64,000 nt of DNA from Eledone cirrhosa (GCA_964016885.1 OZ024751.1:32240001-32304000), one strand, 5' to 3'. Shown: positions 41,270 through 55,155, counted from the stretch's first letter. The notes: generated by a model from the sequence alone, not told the origin. Program-made: numbers and translations.

Positions 41270-41547
41270 TCTTATATATTATATTTTGATCTTATATATT
41301 ATGTATACTCCAGTCCTACAAACTGTAGAGTGCTTCTTATCCGATATCTGCATTGCTTTATTGTACTACAATAAAACTCACCTCCTACATATATGTATAT
41401 ATATATGTGTATATATATATATGTCTATATATATGTCTATATATGTATATATATATATGTGTATATATATGTATATTTATGTATATATATATATGTGTAT
41501 ATATATGTATATATATGTATATATATATATATGTATATATATATATG

Positions 41548-41598
<51 letters not shown>

Positions 41599-41837
41599 AT
41601 ATATATATATACACACATACATACATAGATACGCAAACACACATGTAGTTCAAGATAAACACGACAAATACAGGGATATATATATATATATATACACGAA
41701 ATTACGTTAAGACACCTTATGTTTACATAATTGTATTTATTACCTTATACGTATTTTAATGACATGGTGGGTAGTTATTAATTATTGGTTATGTTAATAA
41801 ATGGCAGCGATGTGATATCATCATGATAGGTCACAAT

Positions 41838-41970
41838 TGGGACATTGTTTCTGTTATTATTGACTGAGGATATATCTGGTACCTTGTTTCTATTATTATT
41901 GCTAGAGGTTACATTAGGGACCCGGTTTCTGTTATTATTGATAGAGGTTATATTTGGGACCTGGTTTCTC
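41838..41970. repeat. Minisatellite, ~3.5 copies of a ~39-bp unit
   Basis: gggac...gtttct(g/a)ttattattg...gagg.ta.at repeated. Confidence 0.75.
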
Positions 41971-42193
41971 GAAATAGTTCAGCAGACTCTCTTCATGTGT
42001 CCTTAAAACTGAATATTTTCCCTTGTATCAAGTGTTGACCTCTCGTCTGTGTAGTTCGTGCTCCTTAGGCTTCTGTAGTTATTCCAGGTTTTACAAAGTG
42101 AGGTGGATAGCTTGCCGACAACCCTGGTGATTTATCAAGACTGGGGCAGAATCTTATATATACACACAAACACAAACATGTGTTTTAATACAT

Positions 42194-42272
<79 letters not shown>

Positions 42273-42677
42273 TGTGTGTGTGACGTGATTGAGGCGTAAA
42301 AAGAGGTCATAATGTTGCTAATAGAACAATTAGACTGTGGTAATGTTGTCATGTGGTGATGATGGCTGGTGTGATAATAACACCGCCGAGCTACACAATC
42401 TCAACCTCATCTCTACTTACTACTACTACTACTACTACTACTAGTGTCACTGAACTACATAATCAAATAGTACAAACTAAGCAGCCATATCAATAACAAC
42501 AGTTGACATTAGTTCCAAATGTCAAATACTATGACAGACAGACAGGCAGACAGATATATATAGAGAGAGATAGATAGAACGATAGATATATAGATAAATA
42601 GAATGTGGAAGGGCTCTATTAGGTGTAACGGGTGAATGTACGTATATGTATATATATACACACACACGGACACACGC

Positions 42678-42710
<33 letters not shown>

Positions 42711-42848
42711 AATAACGCACACACACACACACATTTATATGTAGTAAGTTCGTCACTGTTAATAAAGTATGACTTAGTAGTAGATGCTATGATTTCCCTA
42801 AGGGTTCCCGGCATCCCGTGTAGTGGCGAGGTGACACACACATACACA

Positions 42849-42983
<135 letters not shown>

Positions 42984-43368
42984 ACACACATGTACGCATA
43001 TATCTATATATACATATTTACATCTATACATATACACATATTCTGTATCATTTATAATGCTGTAAACGAAACGCTGGAAGAGATGTGTGGATTATTTATG
43101 TTTATTCTCCCAGGTTGTTCGGTCGTCTGTTGGAAAAATGAAACATCCCAACATTGCCACGTTGCACGTGCGGACAGACACACCCCACCCATCCACACAC
43201 ACACACACACACACACACAGAAACGTATACATTCGGCCACGTAGAAACACTTATCCAAAAATATGCACAAATACATACACCACCATTACACAACCACTCG
43301 TCACATACGTACACACACGCACACACACACACATATATATACACACATACACACATACATACATACAT

Positions 43369-43905
43369 GGTGGCTGCCAACTCGTTTTCGAGTACGGCCA
43401 CTACTTTATATCCATGTAGGAGAACCCCTACCGATGCGCTATTGACACATAGTACTGGGCCCATGGTACCATGTGACAACAAGTGCAGAGAGATCTCCAG
43501 ATATAAAGCAATGCCTGTGCCGTGAAGCTTTTATAGTGAGCAAAGGCACTGCACAAAGCCAGTCCCACTCTCTTAACCAAGATGATATTTACCAAAAAGA
43601 AGAACAATTCAACATCATTGGATACCATCAGGGATGCAGGTGTTATATCAGAGTTTTCCTTCTCCTAGAATTCTGCCTTGACAAAGGCTAAGGGGTCATC
43701 TCTCCCGGTGATTTTGGATCGCCATTGACTCTTAAGAGCTCCTTTGCCCTTTGACAGGTTTTGTTTTTAGTCCTGCAGGATGTCCAAAGTCATCCTCCTC
43801 ACCAAGAAACCTTGGTGGGGTTGCCAGTTTAGTTGCCAACGACCCGACCATGAGACAGGTTGTACTGGGATACATGTTACCAGTAGCACCAACAGGTGAC
43901 CTGAC
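43369..43905 (-). mobile_element. Longest family R copy (~540 bp) with its 5' end; lacks the zinc-finger segment
   Basis: Flanked on both sides by (ACAT)n. 5' part has ggcaactaaactggcaacccc and ggagaaggaaaactctga; ~70-bp deletion relative to 36116-36190. Confidence 0.8.
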
Positions 43906-44669
43906 ATACATACATACATACATACATACATACATAATACATGCATATGTTTGTTGAGAATATGTTTGTTGAGAAAATAAATAAATCTGCGTGTTACAGA
44001 AGAACAGAACATTCCCACACATTGTCTTTATGTTGTTTAATAATTAGAGAGAGAGAGTGTGAGTGATTGACAGAGAGAGAGGGAGGGAGAGAGAGAGAGA
44101 GAGAGGGGGTGAGGTAGAGATTTCGATCTCACTAATGGCCATCTTGAGTGTAATCATCGGATGTGATACAGTGAAGCCAACACTGACAAATCAAAGAGAC
44201 AAAACTGTGAAAAGGATACTCCAAATTATTTTATATATTTCAAGTAGAATGAAGAAAAAGTTTGTCTAGTTCATAAAAGTTTATGGAGAAAATTCCTTAG
44301 CTGTTGTTTGGAAAATAATTTAACAAAGTTTCTTACAAAAAATATATGATGGAAGATTTTTTAGATAAACGCTTCAAAAGAAACAGTTTTATTTCGTGGG
44401 GTCAAGGACAGTTTCAAACGGTTTCGTATAAAAATAGTGAAGCCTAGCCCCCCCCCCTCGCATTTAGCTTCTGCCTAAAGAACTATTTTCAGTACGTTTG
44501 TATACACATAATATTTTGACGATTAAGTTTGTTTTTCCTTGATTTCTATTAGAGTTGAGATCTTTTTAGTGTTATTGTATGTCAAGATTCATATTTTCAT
44601 TATCTATTTTATTGGATTTGTCATTATTTATCCACCTGATGTAAGAAATAACAATAATTATTATGATGG

Positions 44670-45425
44670 GTCGGATGCCATGCTTAGCAGCAAAGAGTTA
44701 CGGCGCTTTATGGTCTGAGTTCAAATCCTGCACGGTTAACTTTGCCTTTCATCCTTACGAGGTCGATAAAATAAAGTACCAGTAATGCACTGGGATAATT
44801 GCTGGCCTTGTGCCAAAAGTAGAAACAATTATTATGATGGATATGGCCTTGGGCCCCAATTAGAAACCACTTGGTAGAATCGTTAAAACGCAAAATTAAA
44901 CTGTCGATACATTTTTGCGGTACTTCAGGTTCTAAGTTCTAATCCCTCTGAAGTCAACCCTTCAAGGGTCGTTAAGTAAAGTACCATCGTGTACTGAAAT
45001 CGATTAAATCGCCTTTCTAATAATTGTTTCTACATTTGGCACAAGGCCAGCAATTACCCAGTGCATTACTGGTACTTTATAATAATAATAATATTAATAT
45101 TGGTTTCTGATTTAGGCACAAGGCCAACAATTTTTGGGGGAGGGGAATGTCAATTAAATCGACCCCAGTACGTTACTGGTGGTTTATTTCATCGACCCAA
45201 TAAGGATGAAAGGCAAAGCTAACCTCGGCGGGATTTGAACTTAGGGTGTCCGACGCTCTACCGATTACTGCCAATCCAAATAATTGTTTCTACTTTTGGC
45301 ACAAGGCCAGCAATTACTCAGTACATTACAGGTACTTTATTTTATCGACCCCGTAAGGATGAAAGGCAAAGTTAACCTTGGCGGGATTTGAACTCAGACG
45401 ATGAAGGGCCGTAACTCTTTACCGC
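44670..45425. mobile_element. Cluster of S1-type SINEs (44670-44832 +, ~44870-45012 +, 45021-45080 -, 45100-45278 -, 45280-45425 -)
   Basis: Repeated ctttgcctttcatcctt.cg.ggtcgataaaataaagtacc core in both orientations. Confidence 0.85.
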
Positions 45426-46099
45426 AACGCGATAGATAAGGACCTGTACAATTTTCATGGAGATGGCAAGCATCGTATAGGTATGTGAACATGTGGGCTT
45501 AAACATTTAATAAAGTGATATCTAGATTTGACAGAAAGCTCTATATTTATAGGGAGAAGTATACTTTGAGAAGAGTGAATTGAATGCTGGGCGTACTGTA
45601 GTTATATTTGTTAACCCTCACACAGCATAGTTCTACTTCTATCACTGAGTCACATGTTGTTTTCTGACTCAGTTTGGTGCTTAAAATATTTATAATAATT
45701 GCTTCGTGGAAATACACTTATAGAGTTACATTCACTCTTGCTTTTACTTTGTAATAGTATTATATAATATAAAATGTGGAAAACTTCCTTCGTACTTCTA
45801 GGACCTCGTACTTTTACGACCTGGTCACTGATACATATTCTACTGTATTAAATGACTATAACATTTAGATTAAAGGTCTAATAAATCTTGTCTGAAATTC
45901 TGAGATGCGGAATTATAATAATTATAAACCGATTTAATTGGATTAGAGATTTCCTTCAGTCTGAGAACATTGCTGAATACAGGAAACACCTGAAGACGGC
46001 TGGAGGGAACAACGACCGAAACATTGATTATAGCAATTAGGAGGAATTCATTATAACAATTATAAAGAATGCATAATAAATACGTTTGTAATTATAATT

Positions 46100-46370
46100 G
46101 TGCAGGCGCGTGGCTTTGTGGTTAGAGCGTTGAGCTCATAATCGTAAGGTTGTGAGTTCGAATCCTGGATCGGACGGTGTGTTGTGTTCTTGGGCAAAAC
46201 ACTTTATTTCAGGTTGCCGTAGAGTTGTGACGTCACTGGTTCCAAGCTGTATCGGCCATTGCCTTTCCTTTGGAGAGGGAAAAATGCTGGTCTTCCACAA
46301 ACACACCTTTCCCAGGCTTGTGCCTCGGAGGGGAACTTTCTAGGTGCAAAACCATGGTTATTCGTGAAAG
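46100..46370 (+). mobile_element. tRNA-derived SINE, family S2
   Basis: Box A tggctttgtgg, box B gagttcgaatcc, then ttgtgttcttgggcaaaacactttatttc. Confidence 0.75.
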
Positions 46371-47100
46371 GAGTGGGGTGGGGACTACAAATTATAATAA
46401 TAAAGATATGTTTTATTTCATGCTAACCATTTTATAACCACAAAACGAATGTCTTTTTTTTTTTTTTGTACATATGAATTAAAAAGAAACACACACACAA
46501 CAGTACCAAATACATTATTTTGACAAGTTCAGCGATCTACAACAATTATACAACTTATTTTTTCTTTTCTTAAAATGTTGTTTGTTTGTGTTTGTAGTTC
46601 TTTAGTTCTTTACTTAGTGGATGTCAGATGTATTAAACAAAAAATACCCCTGTGTAGTTGAAAGCCTATAAAATAGTTTTCTTCTAGAGACCTTGTCTTT
46701 CGTCAGATGTTTTTAAAGATAACAAACATTGATTGTAGCGTTCTATATTTAGTTTAAAAAAAATCCCTCTATATTTTCTTTCGAAGTACCCAAACTTGTT
46801 CGTGTAAAATACAGAAGGGGGAAGGAGCGGAGCCCACCACCTCCATATATTTTATTTGTTTCATAGTTTTTTTTTAAATTCTTTTACAGTTTAAAAAAAA
46901 AACTTCTCCTTTTGGTCTCTCTGCTTCGTTCCGTAACCGTTTCTTTCTTAAGTTAATATTTTCCATTCCTAATTTGATTCCAAAACTAACAATTTACCAG
47001 AGTAAGCACATTTAATATGAAATGTTTTCATTCCATTCCATTGAGTGTTATTTACTTCCGTGTGTGTGTGTGTCAGCGAGTGAGAGTGCGTGTGTGTGTG

Positions 47101-47184
<84 letters not shown>

Positions 47185-47222
47185 TGAGAGTGAGAGAGAG
47201 AGAAAATGTATGTTTATCTATA

Positions 47223-47355
47223 TGTGGACGCATGCTTGAATGAGTGGTTAAGAATTTTGCTTTGTAATCATCAGGTGGCATCTTGGGCAAGTCGCTTTTC
47301 CATAAGCCTTGTGAGTGAAATTGTGTAGATGGAAACTGTACGGATGAATCGTACG
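47223..47355 (+). mobile_element. Degenerate CORE-like SINE; related minus-strand fragment at ~635-680
   Basis: gtggcatcttgggcaagtcgct...aagccttgtgagtg...tagatggaaactg. Confidence 0.55.
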
Positions 47356-47507
47356 CTGATTCGAGTATTACGTTAAGGCCACACGAGTTGGTAGAATACT
47401 TAACAACTTACACAATAATGCATGAGTTGGAAGTTCTTCATCCTTAATAAGAAGTATTCACAACCTCTAACTGGATTACCTATAACGATATTTTGTTATC
47501 CCTTATG

Positions 47508-47570
<63 letters not shown>

Positions 47571-47573
47571 TTT

Positions 47574-47685
47574 ATAGAAGGAGCTTCTACAGGACTAGTA
47601 CTGTTTCATTCAGATGAAATCTTACTCTGCCATGTATTGAGTACCTTACTTACTGTGGTTATCCCCGACTCAACCCGGGACCTAC

Positions 47686-47686
<1 letters not shown>
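47574..47686 (+). mobile_element. PLE-type 3' end (family E): inverted arm plus tail with bulged hairpin
   Basis: Island in (TA)n; hairpin actc-tgc-cat-gta-tt-gagt at 47624-47642; arm related to 21645-21680 (gtcctgtagaag). Confidence 0.5.
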
Positions 47687-47749
<63 letters not shown>

Positions 47750-48323
47750 CACGGAAAGACAGACAACTATCGGTAATTATTAGCGACACGTAATGAGAAG
47801 GGGAGAGGGAGATAATTTCAAGAAATTAAGAATGGGTTCTCAAAAAAATTAACATTCTAGGTGATGAAAAAGTCAAACGTTTCCTTCATTTCCATCGAGT
47901 ACAGCATTCAATATTATATAATTACGGCGATCGATTTAATAGGCTTTGTATTCAAACTTAGTTATCAAACGATATCGAGGACATAATTGAAGGATTTAAA
48001 GCGAAATGTGTTTATTCTCCTTCTGCTCTCCATCCTCTATACCCCTTACTTCTCTCTGCTCACCTCCTCCTCCACCTGCTTCTCATCATTCCTCTACATC
48101 ACCCATCTCATTCCCTTCCCTTTCCTCCTCCTGATCATCATCATCATCACACCATCACCACCATGCCGTAAATACATTGAGCAGTCCTAGCAATAATTTT
48201 TCTAGATCTGTCAAAGTGATGACGGAAAGAGATAATAATAATAGTAATAATAATAAAGAGAAAGGGAAAAAGAGAGAGAAGATGAAAGTGAAAGACACAC
48301 ACACGCACACGCACACGCGCGCG

Positions 48324-48354
<31 letters not shown>

Positions 48355-48873
48355 GAATATGGACATAACAGAAAAATGTATATATAGATAGGCAGATAGA
48401 TAGAGATATATATATATAGATAGATAGATAGATAGATAGAGAGAGAATTGATGTATATTGATAGACAGACAAATAGATCGATAGATAAACAGAGAAGCAC
48501 ATATATTCATTGAGATTGGTAGACAGATAAATAGACTGATATATATATATATATATATATTAAGAGAGAGAGAGAGAGAGAGAGAGAGAAACGGAGAGAG
48601 AGAGATTAGGTAGATAGGTAGATAGGTAGATAGATAGATAACCATATAAAGAAAGAAAGAAAGACAACAGTTCTATTCCCACGCCATTATAGTGTCATAT
48701 CTGGGTTAACATGCGCCATTTCCCTGCATCCGAAATCACAAAACCGGTTTAGCGTGTGTGTATATATGTGAGTATGTCTGTATGTGTATGAATCTGTGTA
48801 TGAGTGAGTGTGTATTTGTTTGTATGTGAGAATATATAAATATATATATATTCTCACACATATATATATATAT

Positions 48874-48939
<66 letters not shown>

Positions 48940-49073
48940 ATATACATATATATATATATACAAATATATATATATATATGCATATATATATATATATATA
49001 ATATATATATATATACATATACATATACATATATATACACACAGACATATATATACATGTATACACACACACA

Positions 49074-49155
<82 letters not shown>

Positions 49156-49158
49156 CAA

Positions 49159-49199
<41 letters not shown>

Positions 49200-49308
49200 C
49201 AAATATATATATATATATGCATATATATATATATAATATATATATATATACATATACATATACATATATATACACACAGACATATATATACATGTATACA
49301 CACACACA

Positions 49309-49367
<59 letters not shown>

Positions 49368-49600
49368 ATTTATTTGAGTAGGTACGCCTTGCGTTCATGC
49401 GATTCTTTCCGAATTGATAATATTGATTATAATAGTATTAATTATTTTAATTTTTAAGCGTTCTAAATATGAAGAATTGTTATAACAAGGCTCATGAGAG
49501 TGATAATGCTAACAGTGGTGGTGAGGATAATGATGTAGATGATGATGATGGTGGTGGTGGTGATGATGGCGATAATGATAATGGTGATGATGATAATAAT

Positions 49601-49787
49601 AATTGTTTCTACTTTAGGCACAAGGCCAGCAATTACCCAGTGCATTACTGGTACTTTATTTTATCGACCCCGTAAAGATGAAAGGCAAAGTCAACCTCGG
49701 CGGGATTTGAACTCAGATCGTAAAGGGACGTAACTATGCTGGAAAGCATGGCGTCCGACTCTCTACCGATACTGCCAATCCACCGCC
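49601..49787 (-). mobile_element. Full-length S1 SINE (~187 bp): tRNA head, Meta/MESC-like central domain, (ATT)n tail
   Basis: Minus strand box A TGGCAGTATCGG, box B GAGTTCAAATC, central gactttgcctttcatctttacggggtcgataaaataaagtaccag. Domain name is from recall. Confidence 0.85.
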
Positions 49788-50095
49788 ATGTGATGATGAT
49801 AATAATAATGGTAGTGATGATGTAGATGAGGATGATGATGATGGTGGTGATGATGGCGATGATAATGGTGATGGTGATGATGATGATATTGATGATGATA
49901 ATAATGGTAGTGATGATGTAGATGAGGATGGTAATGGTTGAACATCTCACCATCCCTGACAGTCACTGAAGCTCAGACAACGAGATAGAGTGAGAGATAG
50001 AGAGGGAGAAAAATTGCCAGGTCATCAGCACGTAAAGACAAAACATATATGTACAACAACCCCCAATATACATATATATATATACACATATACAC

Positions 50096-50189
<94 letters not shown>

Positions 50190-50504
50190 ATACTGTCAAC
50201 TACCAGGTCATCAGTATGAAAGCACAAAACAAATAGCTGAAAACTATGTTCTATTTAGCACCTCTTTCCCCTCCTTCTCCACCAACACCCTTACCAACCC
50301 TGTCCCAACCTCTCTCAGATGACGGTCAGGAGTTTGTGAAAGTATTCTTCATCGTCATCATCAGCATCATCATCACCATCATTATGTCGATCATAATCAT
50401 TATCAATATCACATGTATTGGAATGTATTACATATAAATATGCATGCACACACAGACACACACAAACACACACACACACATATATATATATGCATATATA
50501 TATA

Positions 50505-50548
<44 letters not shown>

Positions 50549-50553
50549 CATAG

Positions 50554-50602
<49 letters not shown>

Positions 50603-50654
50603 CATATAAAATCCTGTAAATGAAAACACACTCTCCTGTGTTTTTCCTCTCTAT

Positions 50655-50709
50655 ATATTGAGTACTCTGGTGCGTTATGGTCCATCTGGTTCCTTACCAC
50701 ACCTCCTTC

Positions 50710-50712
<3 letters not shown>
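50655..50712 (+). mobile_element. Isolated family A PLE tail
   Basis: tattgagtactctggtgcgttatggtccatctggttccttaccacacctccttcgtt matches 20603-20660. Confidence 0.7.
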
Positions 50713-50747
<35 letters not shown>

Positions 50748-50950
50748 TACATAAATGTGACACTATTTTTTGTGTAGATGTAAATGTATATCCATTTATA
50801 AATTTACTGATTGCTGCATGCTATTGATTGCTGTGTATGTGTATTAATGAAGGGAGATCACCCTAATTGAATTGATAATGAGATATACAGGGCAGCATTT
50901 GAAGAGCAAAGGGCATAACAGAGAGAAATGAAAAGTAAATGTTATGCTTA

Positions 50951-51400
50951 ATTTGTATTCTATGAACCCTCTTTTAGTAATTTTGTTAAGATTTTTATGC
51001 TGGTATTTGTTAAACCATTGAATAAGATGAGATCACTCAAACACCTCACTAATTGAAAGATGTTTCTATACAAATGTCCTGGGGAAAAGCAAGTTTTTCA
51101 AACTAATCTTTATGCTTTACATTTATGGAAAAGGGGAGATTATACCACCGTGCTTTTCTGTTACGATTTTATCTCATTAGGTTGTGTGTATCTACTTTAT
51201 TTGATGGCGTCGTTGAAAGTACTAGATGCCAGATCATTTTTGAATATATTCACTACTCCAATGAATGATACTTCATCATTAGATTTTGTCGGTATTGCTT
51301 TGCACTGGTTTACGTATAATAATGCATCATTAGATTTATAGAATTTTCCGTTAATAACTTTAAATATTTGATCTAAGAAGTTGAGACTACCACCATCATC
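50951..51400 (-). pseudogene. Decayed PLE (Neptune-like) RT thumb and linker fragment
   Basis: Minus-strand translation gives SLNFLDQIFKVINGKFYKSNDALLYVN, then RWYNLPFSINVK and CFSPGHLYRNIF, collinear with recalled PLE motifs NFLD..YxKPND..YxN, WFNPPFS.NVK and HFP..H....IFN. Contains stops and frameshifts. Confidence 0.7.
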
Positions 51401-51457
51401 TTAATGTTTACGTTTGATTACATTGCTTTATGAATTTATCTGCCCGATGTCTATATA

Positions 51458-51515
<58 letters not shown>

Positions 51516-51719
51516 GTCTAATAGATCACCATCTTGATAAATTCCTTCGTTATTGGTGTAGATCATATTGTGTATTTCTATCGCTTAAAGTGAATTGGGT
51601 TGTCGTGATCTCGAGTAATGTATGTATAGCGTGTGGTGTCTAGGATGAATTTAGACAACGCCTGTGAACTGACGACAGTGGAGGAGTACTGACGGCTTGT
51701 ATTATCAGTAGAAGTATTA

Positions 51720-51840
51720 TGCACTTGAAGTATAGTACAAGTAGGTAATTGATATACAGATCGAAGATAAGAGGAGATATAACCGAACTATGTGGTACCT
51801 CACATTTGAGAAAGCACGGATTGGTGGAAACCTCTGAGGT
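51720..51840 (-). pseudogene. Degenerate LINE RT motif fragment
   Basis: CEVPHSSVISPLIFDLYINYL resembles the GVPQGSVLSPLLFNIYINDL motif. Confidence 0.55.
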
Positions 51841-51983
51841 CAAAGGCATTATAAAAATATTACACACACACATTCACGTTCACATAGAAGCAGTTTTATA
51901 CGAGCATACATTTATAATCAATGCGTTTTATATATATACAGAGTATGTTTTTATATATACAGTATGTTTTATATATATATATA

Positions 51984-52103
51984 TATAGAAACATCTTTCA
52001 ATTAGTGAGATGTTTGAGTGATCTCATCTTATTCAATGGTTTAACAAATACCAGCATAAAAATCTTAACAAAATTACCAAAAGAGGATTCATGGAATACA
52101 AAT
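51984..52103 (+). repeat. 120-bp inverted duplicate of 50951-51070
   Basis: Reverse-complement match with few mismatches. Confidence 0.85.
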
Positions 52104-52191
52104 AAATATTTGTTCTACGGTTCTTATATATTTGATATATATTTATCCTTATCGAGCCCTCTTTGGATTTTAGTCTTCAAATTTATTATTA

Positions 52192-52232
<41 letters not shown>

Positions 52233-52257
52233 TTATATATATATACATATACACACA

Positions 52258-52291
<34 letters not shown>

Positions 52292-52650
52292 CCAATATTT
52301 GCATAGATATACACACACATACACACATAGATATATATATAGAGAGTAATATATTCCTTTATATGCAAACACAAGAATACATATAACAACATATGCACAC
52401 ACTTACTCCCCCGCCCCCACACAGATACCAACACACTGCTCACTTTTACATAGTGTTCTCTTATTCTTCTCATCCTCACCACTTCTACCTTCATATCCTC
52501 ATCCTCACATTTCTGCCTGACCTCTGACCTCTGATCTTTCACATAGAATGGCACAGCAAAATATTTCAGACCAGTTTCTACACCTAACACCCTCCCTACT
52601 CATCTATCTATCTGTCTGTCTATTTGTTTGCCTGTCTATCTATCTATATA

Positions 52651-52765
52651 TCGACTAATTTTTAAATTGCATTTGTGATAATATTTTACACCTTTCTATT
52701 GTATGTAAACTTCCCCCTTTGTATTTGTCCCCTTCTTTTGTGCCCTTGTGGCTAATAAAGAAACA
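52651..52765 (+). mobile_element. Second copy of the LINE 3' end seen at 749-972
   Basis: Direct match; AATAAAGAAA then (TATC)n. Confidence 0.65.
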
Positions 52766-52821
52766 TATCTATCTATCTATCTATCAATCTCTCTCTGTAC
52801 ACACACAAACAAACAAACAAA

Positions 52822-52910
<89 letters not shown>

Positions 52911-53226
52911 GCGCACACACATATGTATATGTATGTATATTTATGTATGTATGTATGTATGTGAAAGGTAAACAGAAATACAGTCTCAAACTATCACCAT
53001 CGTCTATATATAATGTCATGTTCTACGAACCATATCTGTTCATATATATATGTGTGTGTATATATATAAAATACTGAGAGTCACACTCCATAACAATATC
53101 AGTTATCATATTAGTCTCTCCTTCTTTCTCCACCTAACTTCAATCATTCTGTCAGAAATACGAAACATTACTGAGAAAGTAAAGTGTATATCTTCTTAAA
53201 TCTTCCATATCTAACAGCCGCCTCCT

Positions 53227-53315
<89 letters not shown>

Positions 53316-53483
53316 ACCTATGAATATATGATTTATGTATGTATCTGTATATGTATGTATGTTTATGCATTTGTACACACGCACATACACACACATATAT
53401 ACATAAATGTGAATGTATGTATATATGATTTATATCTGTATATATGCAGATGCACACATACATACAGACACACATATATATAC

Positions 53484-53521
<38 letters not shown>

Positions 53522-53939
53522 TGGTATGCCTGTAGATTATGTAGATTATGTTAACACAGAGATGAAACATTTAGCAAATATAAATGGTAGAATGTATATA
53601 AATCAATGTATTCAGTGAAAGCTGAAATTCTGAGTTTCACGTAGTAAGTTAAACAAACGACTGAAAGTCGTTCATCAGAAGTAGAGATATGGAGACGTAA
53701 ATATTTCAACGATAATGAATTTCATTCATTATCTTTCAAAAATCGGTCTAAATAATCGTTAAAACAATGAAATATTCATGTCACATCTCTTAAATGCAAA
53801 AGTTACTAAACTGGGTTCCGTGAACTAAGTTCAAAATTTCAACTCTTTTGTTTAAAACACTAGTATTCTCACACTATTGGGTATCTATTCTTCTTTAAGT
53901 ACAATGATTTCTCTCTTTAGATTCTTATTCTCGCTGTAG

Positions 53940-54000
53940 GGGAGTAACTGTACCGGATAGTGGGGGTGAACTCCGTGTGAAACACGCTCTTATTACATAT
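53940..54000 (+). other. Weak candidate exon (61 nt; GVTVPDSGGELRVKHALITY)
   Basis: Pyrimidine-rich acceptor ttcttattctcgctgtag and donor TAT|gtgaga within a microsatellite-free block of ~1.4 kb. Confidence 0.2.
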
Positions 54001-55043
54001 GTGAGACTCTACTGCATCTTATAAGCATTCATGTTCAGACAAACGTTCGTGTAATATTATTTGAAATAATTACATGGAAAGAAAGGTGGAGGCAAATTAG
54101 ATTCTTGTTCCCTAATTTTTATAAAGATCCGAAACCTACAGAGAAAACTTCAATGGCCCAATTGTGGGTCGTTTCCCACCAATTGCCGACAATGTCATTG
54201 AGATTACTGAATTATCCCCAGTGTAGAATAGAGAGGCAAAAAGGTACCGGTTGTAAAACTTAGCTATTAGCACACTTAAAACACTTATAGTCTCTATATA
54301 CACTTCAAACGTGGTTTACGTGTAGACGGTTCTCGCAAATATATAACCGAGGGGACGGTATCCTAATCTTTCTGGTTTTTCCAGCGAAAGTATGAAACCC
54401 AGCTTTCGTCACCTGATTGGTTGAGAACTGCATGTTGACAAATTTCTGGTTGTTCTTCGATAGAGTTGTCTTTGAAACAACATTGATGGAAACATTCTGT
54501 CATCTGCTTTGCCCACATCACTAAACCTCTATCCTACTCAGTTCGTTCGGTCTTGATTTGGCCAACCGTAAGAATTAATCCCGTTGTTTCAGTGCAACTT
54601 CCACGCCTTTTTTATGGATAATTCATTCCAAATATTTGTCAACTGGAACTAATAAACATCTGGGAGCTAAGAAAATCCTATTTATTGTTGAAAGAAAAAG
54701 TTTAAAAAACAAATTTTAAAAATATACGTATGGAATAACACAAACATTAGAATTAACATAAGATGCGTTAGGACACTTTCCTATACATATTTAATAAGAT
54801 CTACATTACATGTCCAATTGTTCTATTTTGCATATGATTAACAGTCAGTTTCCCACACCCCTACCCTACATAATGACCCAACCACATCTATGAATATTTA
54901 TTCTTCTTCAGTCCGTCTTCAACATGATCAGAGACAACTCCATTGAAATCCAGAAACCAGCTAAATAGTTCTCCTAGTTTTATGTCAGTAGTCACCACAA
55001 TCAATCTCCCCTCTCTCTGTCGCTCCCTCTCTCTCCCTTTATT

Positions 55044-55078
<35 letters not shown>

Positions 55079-55155
55079 TTGTGTTGTTGTAGCGGTTTAC
55101 ACCTGCGTAGCTGGTTTCTAATAAGTTTCATTCATGATAGAGGCCCTAGACCTCA

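Larger units (their letters stand above)
39893..41390 (-). mobile_element. 5'-truncated Penelope-like element (family D): ORF end, ~1.2-kb 3' UTR, hammerhead, and inverted tail at 41285-41390
   Basis: Terminus matches family D; ORF C-terminus at 41177-41269; UTR has internal tandem duplications (~40100-40535, ~40660-40880). Confidence 0.8.

Noticed and set aside
41838-41970. CRISPR-like short repeats (also 6404-6556)
   Set aside because: Head-to-tail minisatellites without unique spacers, no cas genes, eukaryotic context.
45985-46030. CTGAAGA...ccGAAAcattg hammerhead-like motif; also 3770-3810 (+) and 60398-60470 (-)
   Set aside because: Missing NUH triplet or stem I, or mutated core; probably old PLE remnants, not callable as ribozymes.
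46100-46175. tRNA gene (also S1 heads at ~29180-29250 and ~49700-49787)
   Set aside because: Box A/B present but no full cloverleaf; continues into a SINE body.
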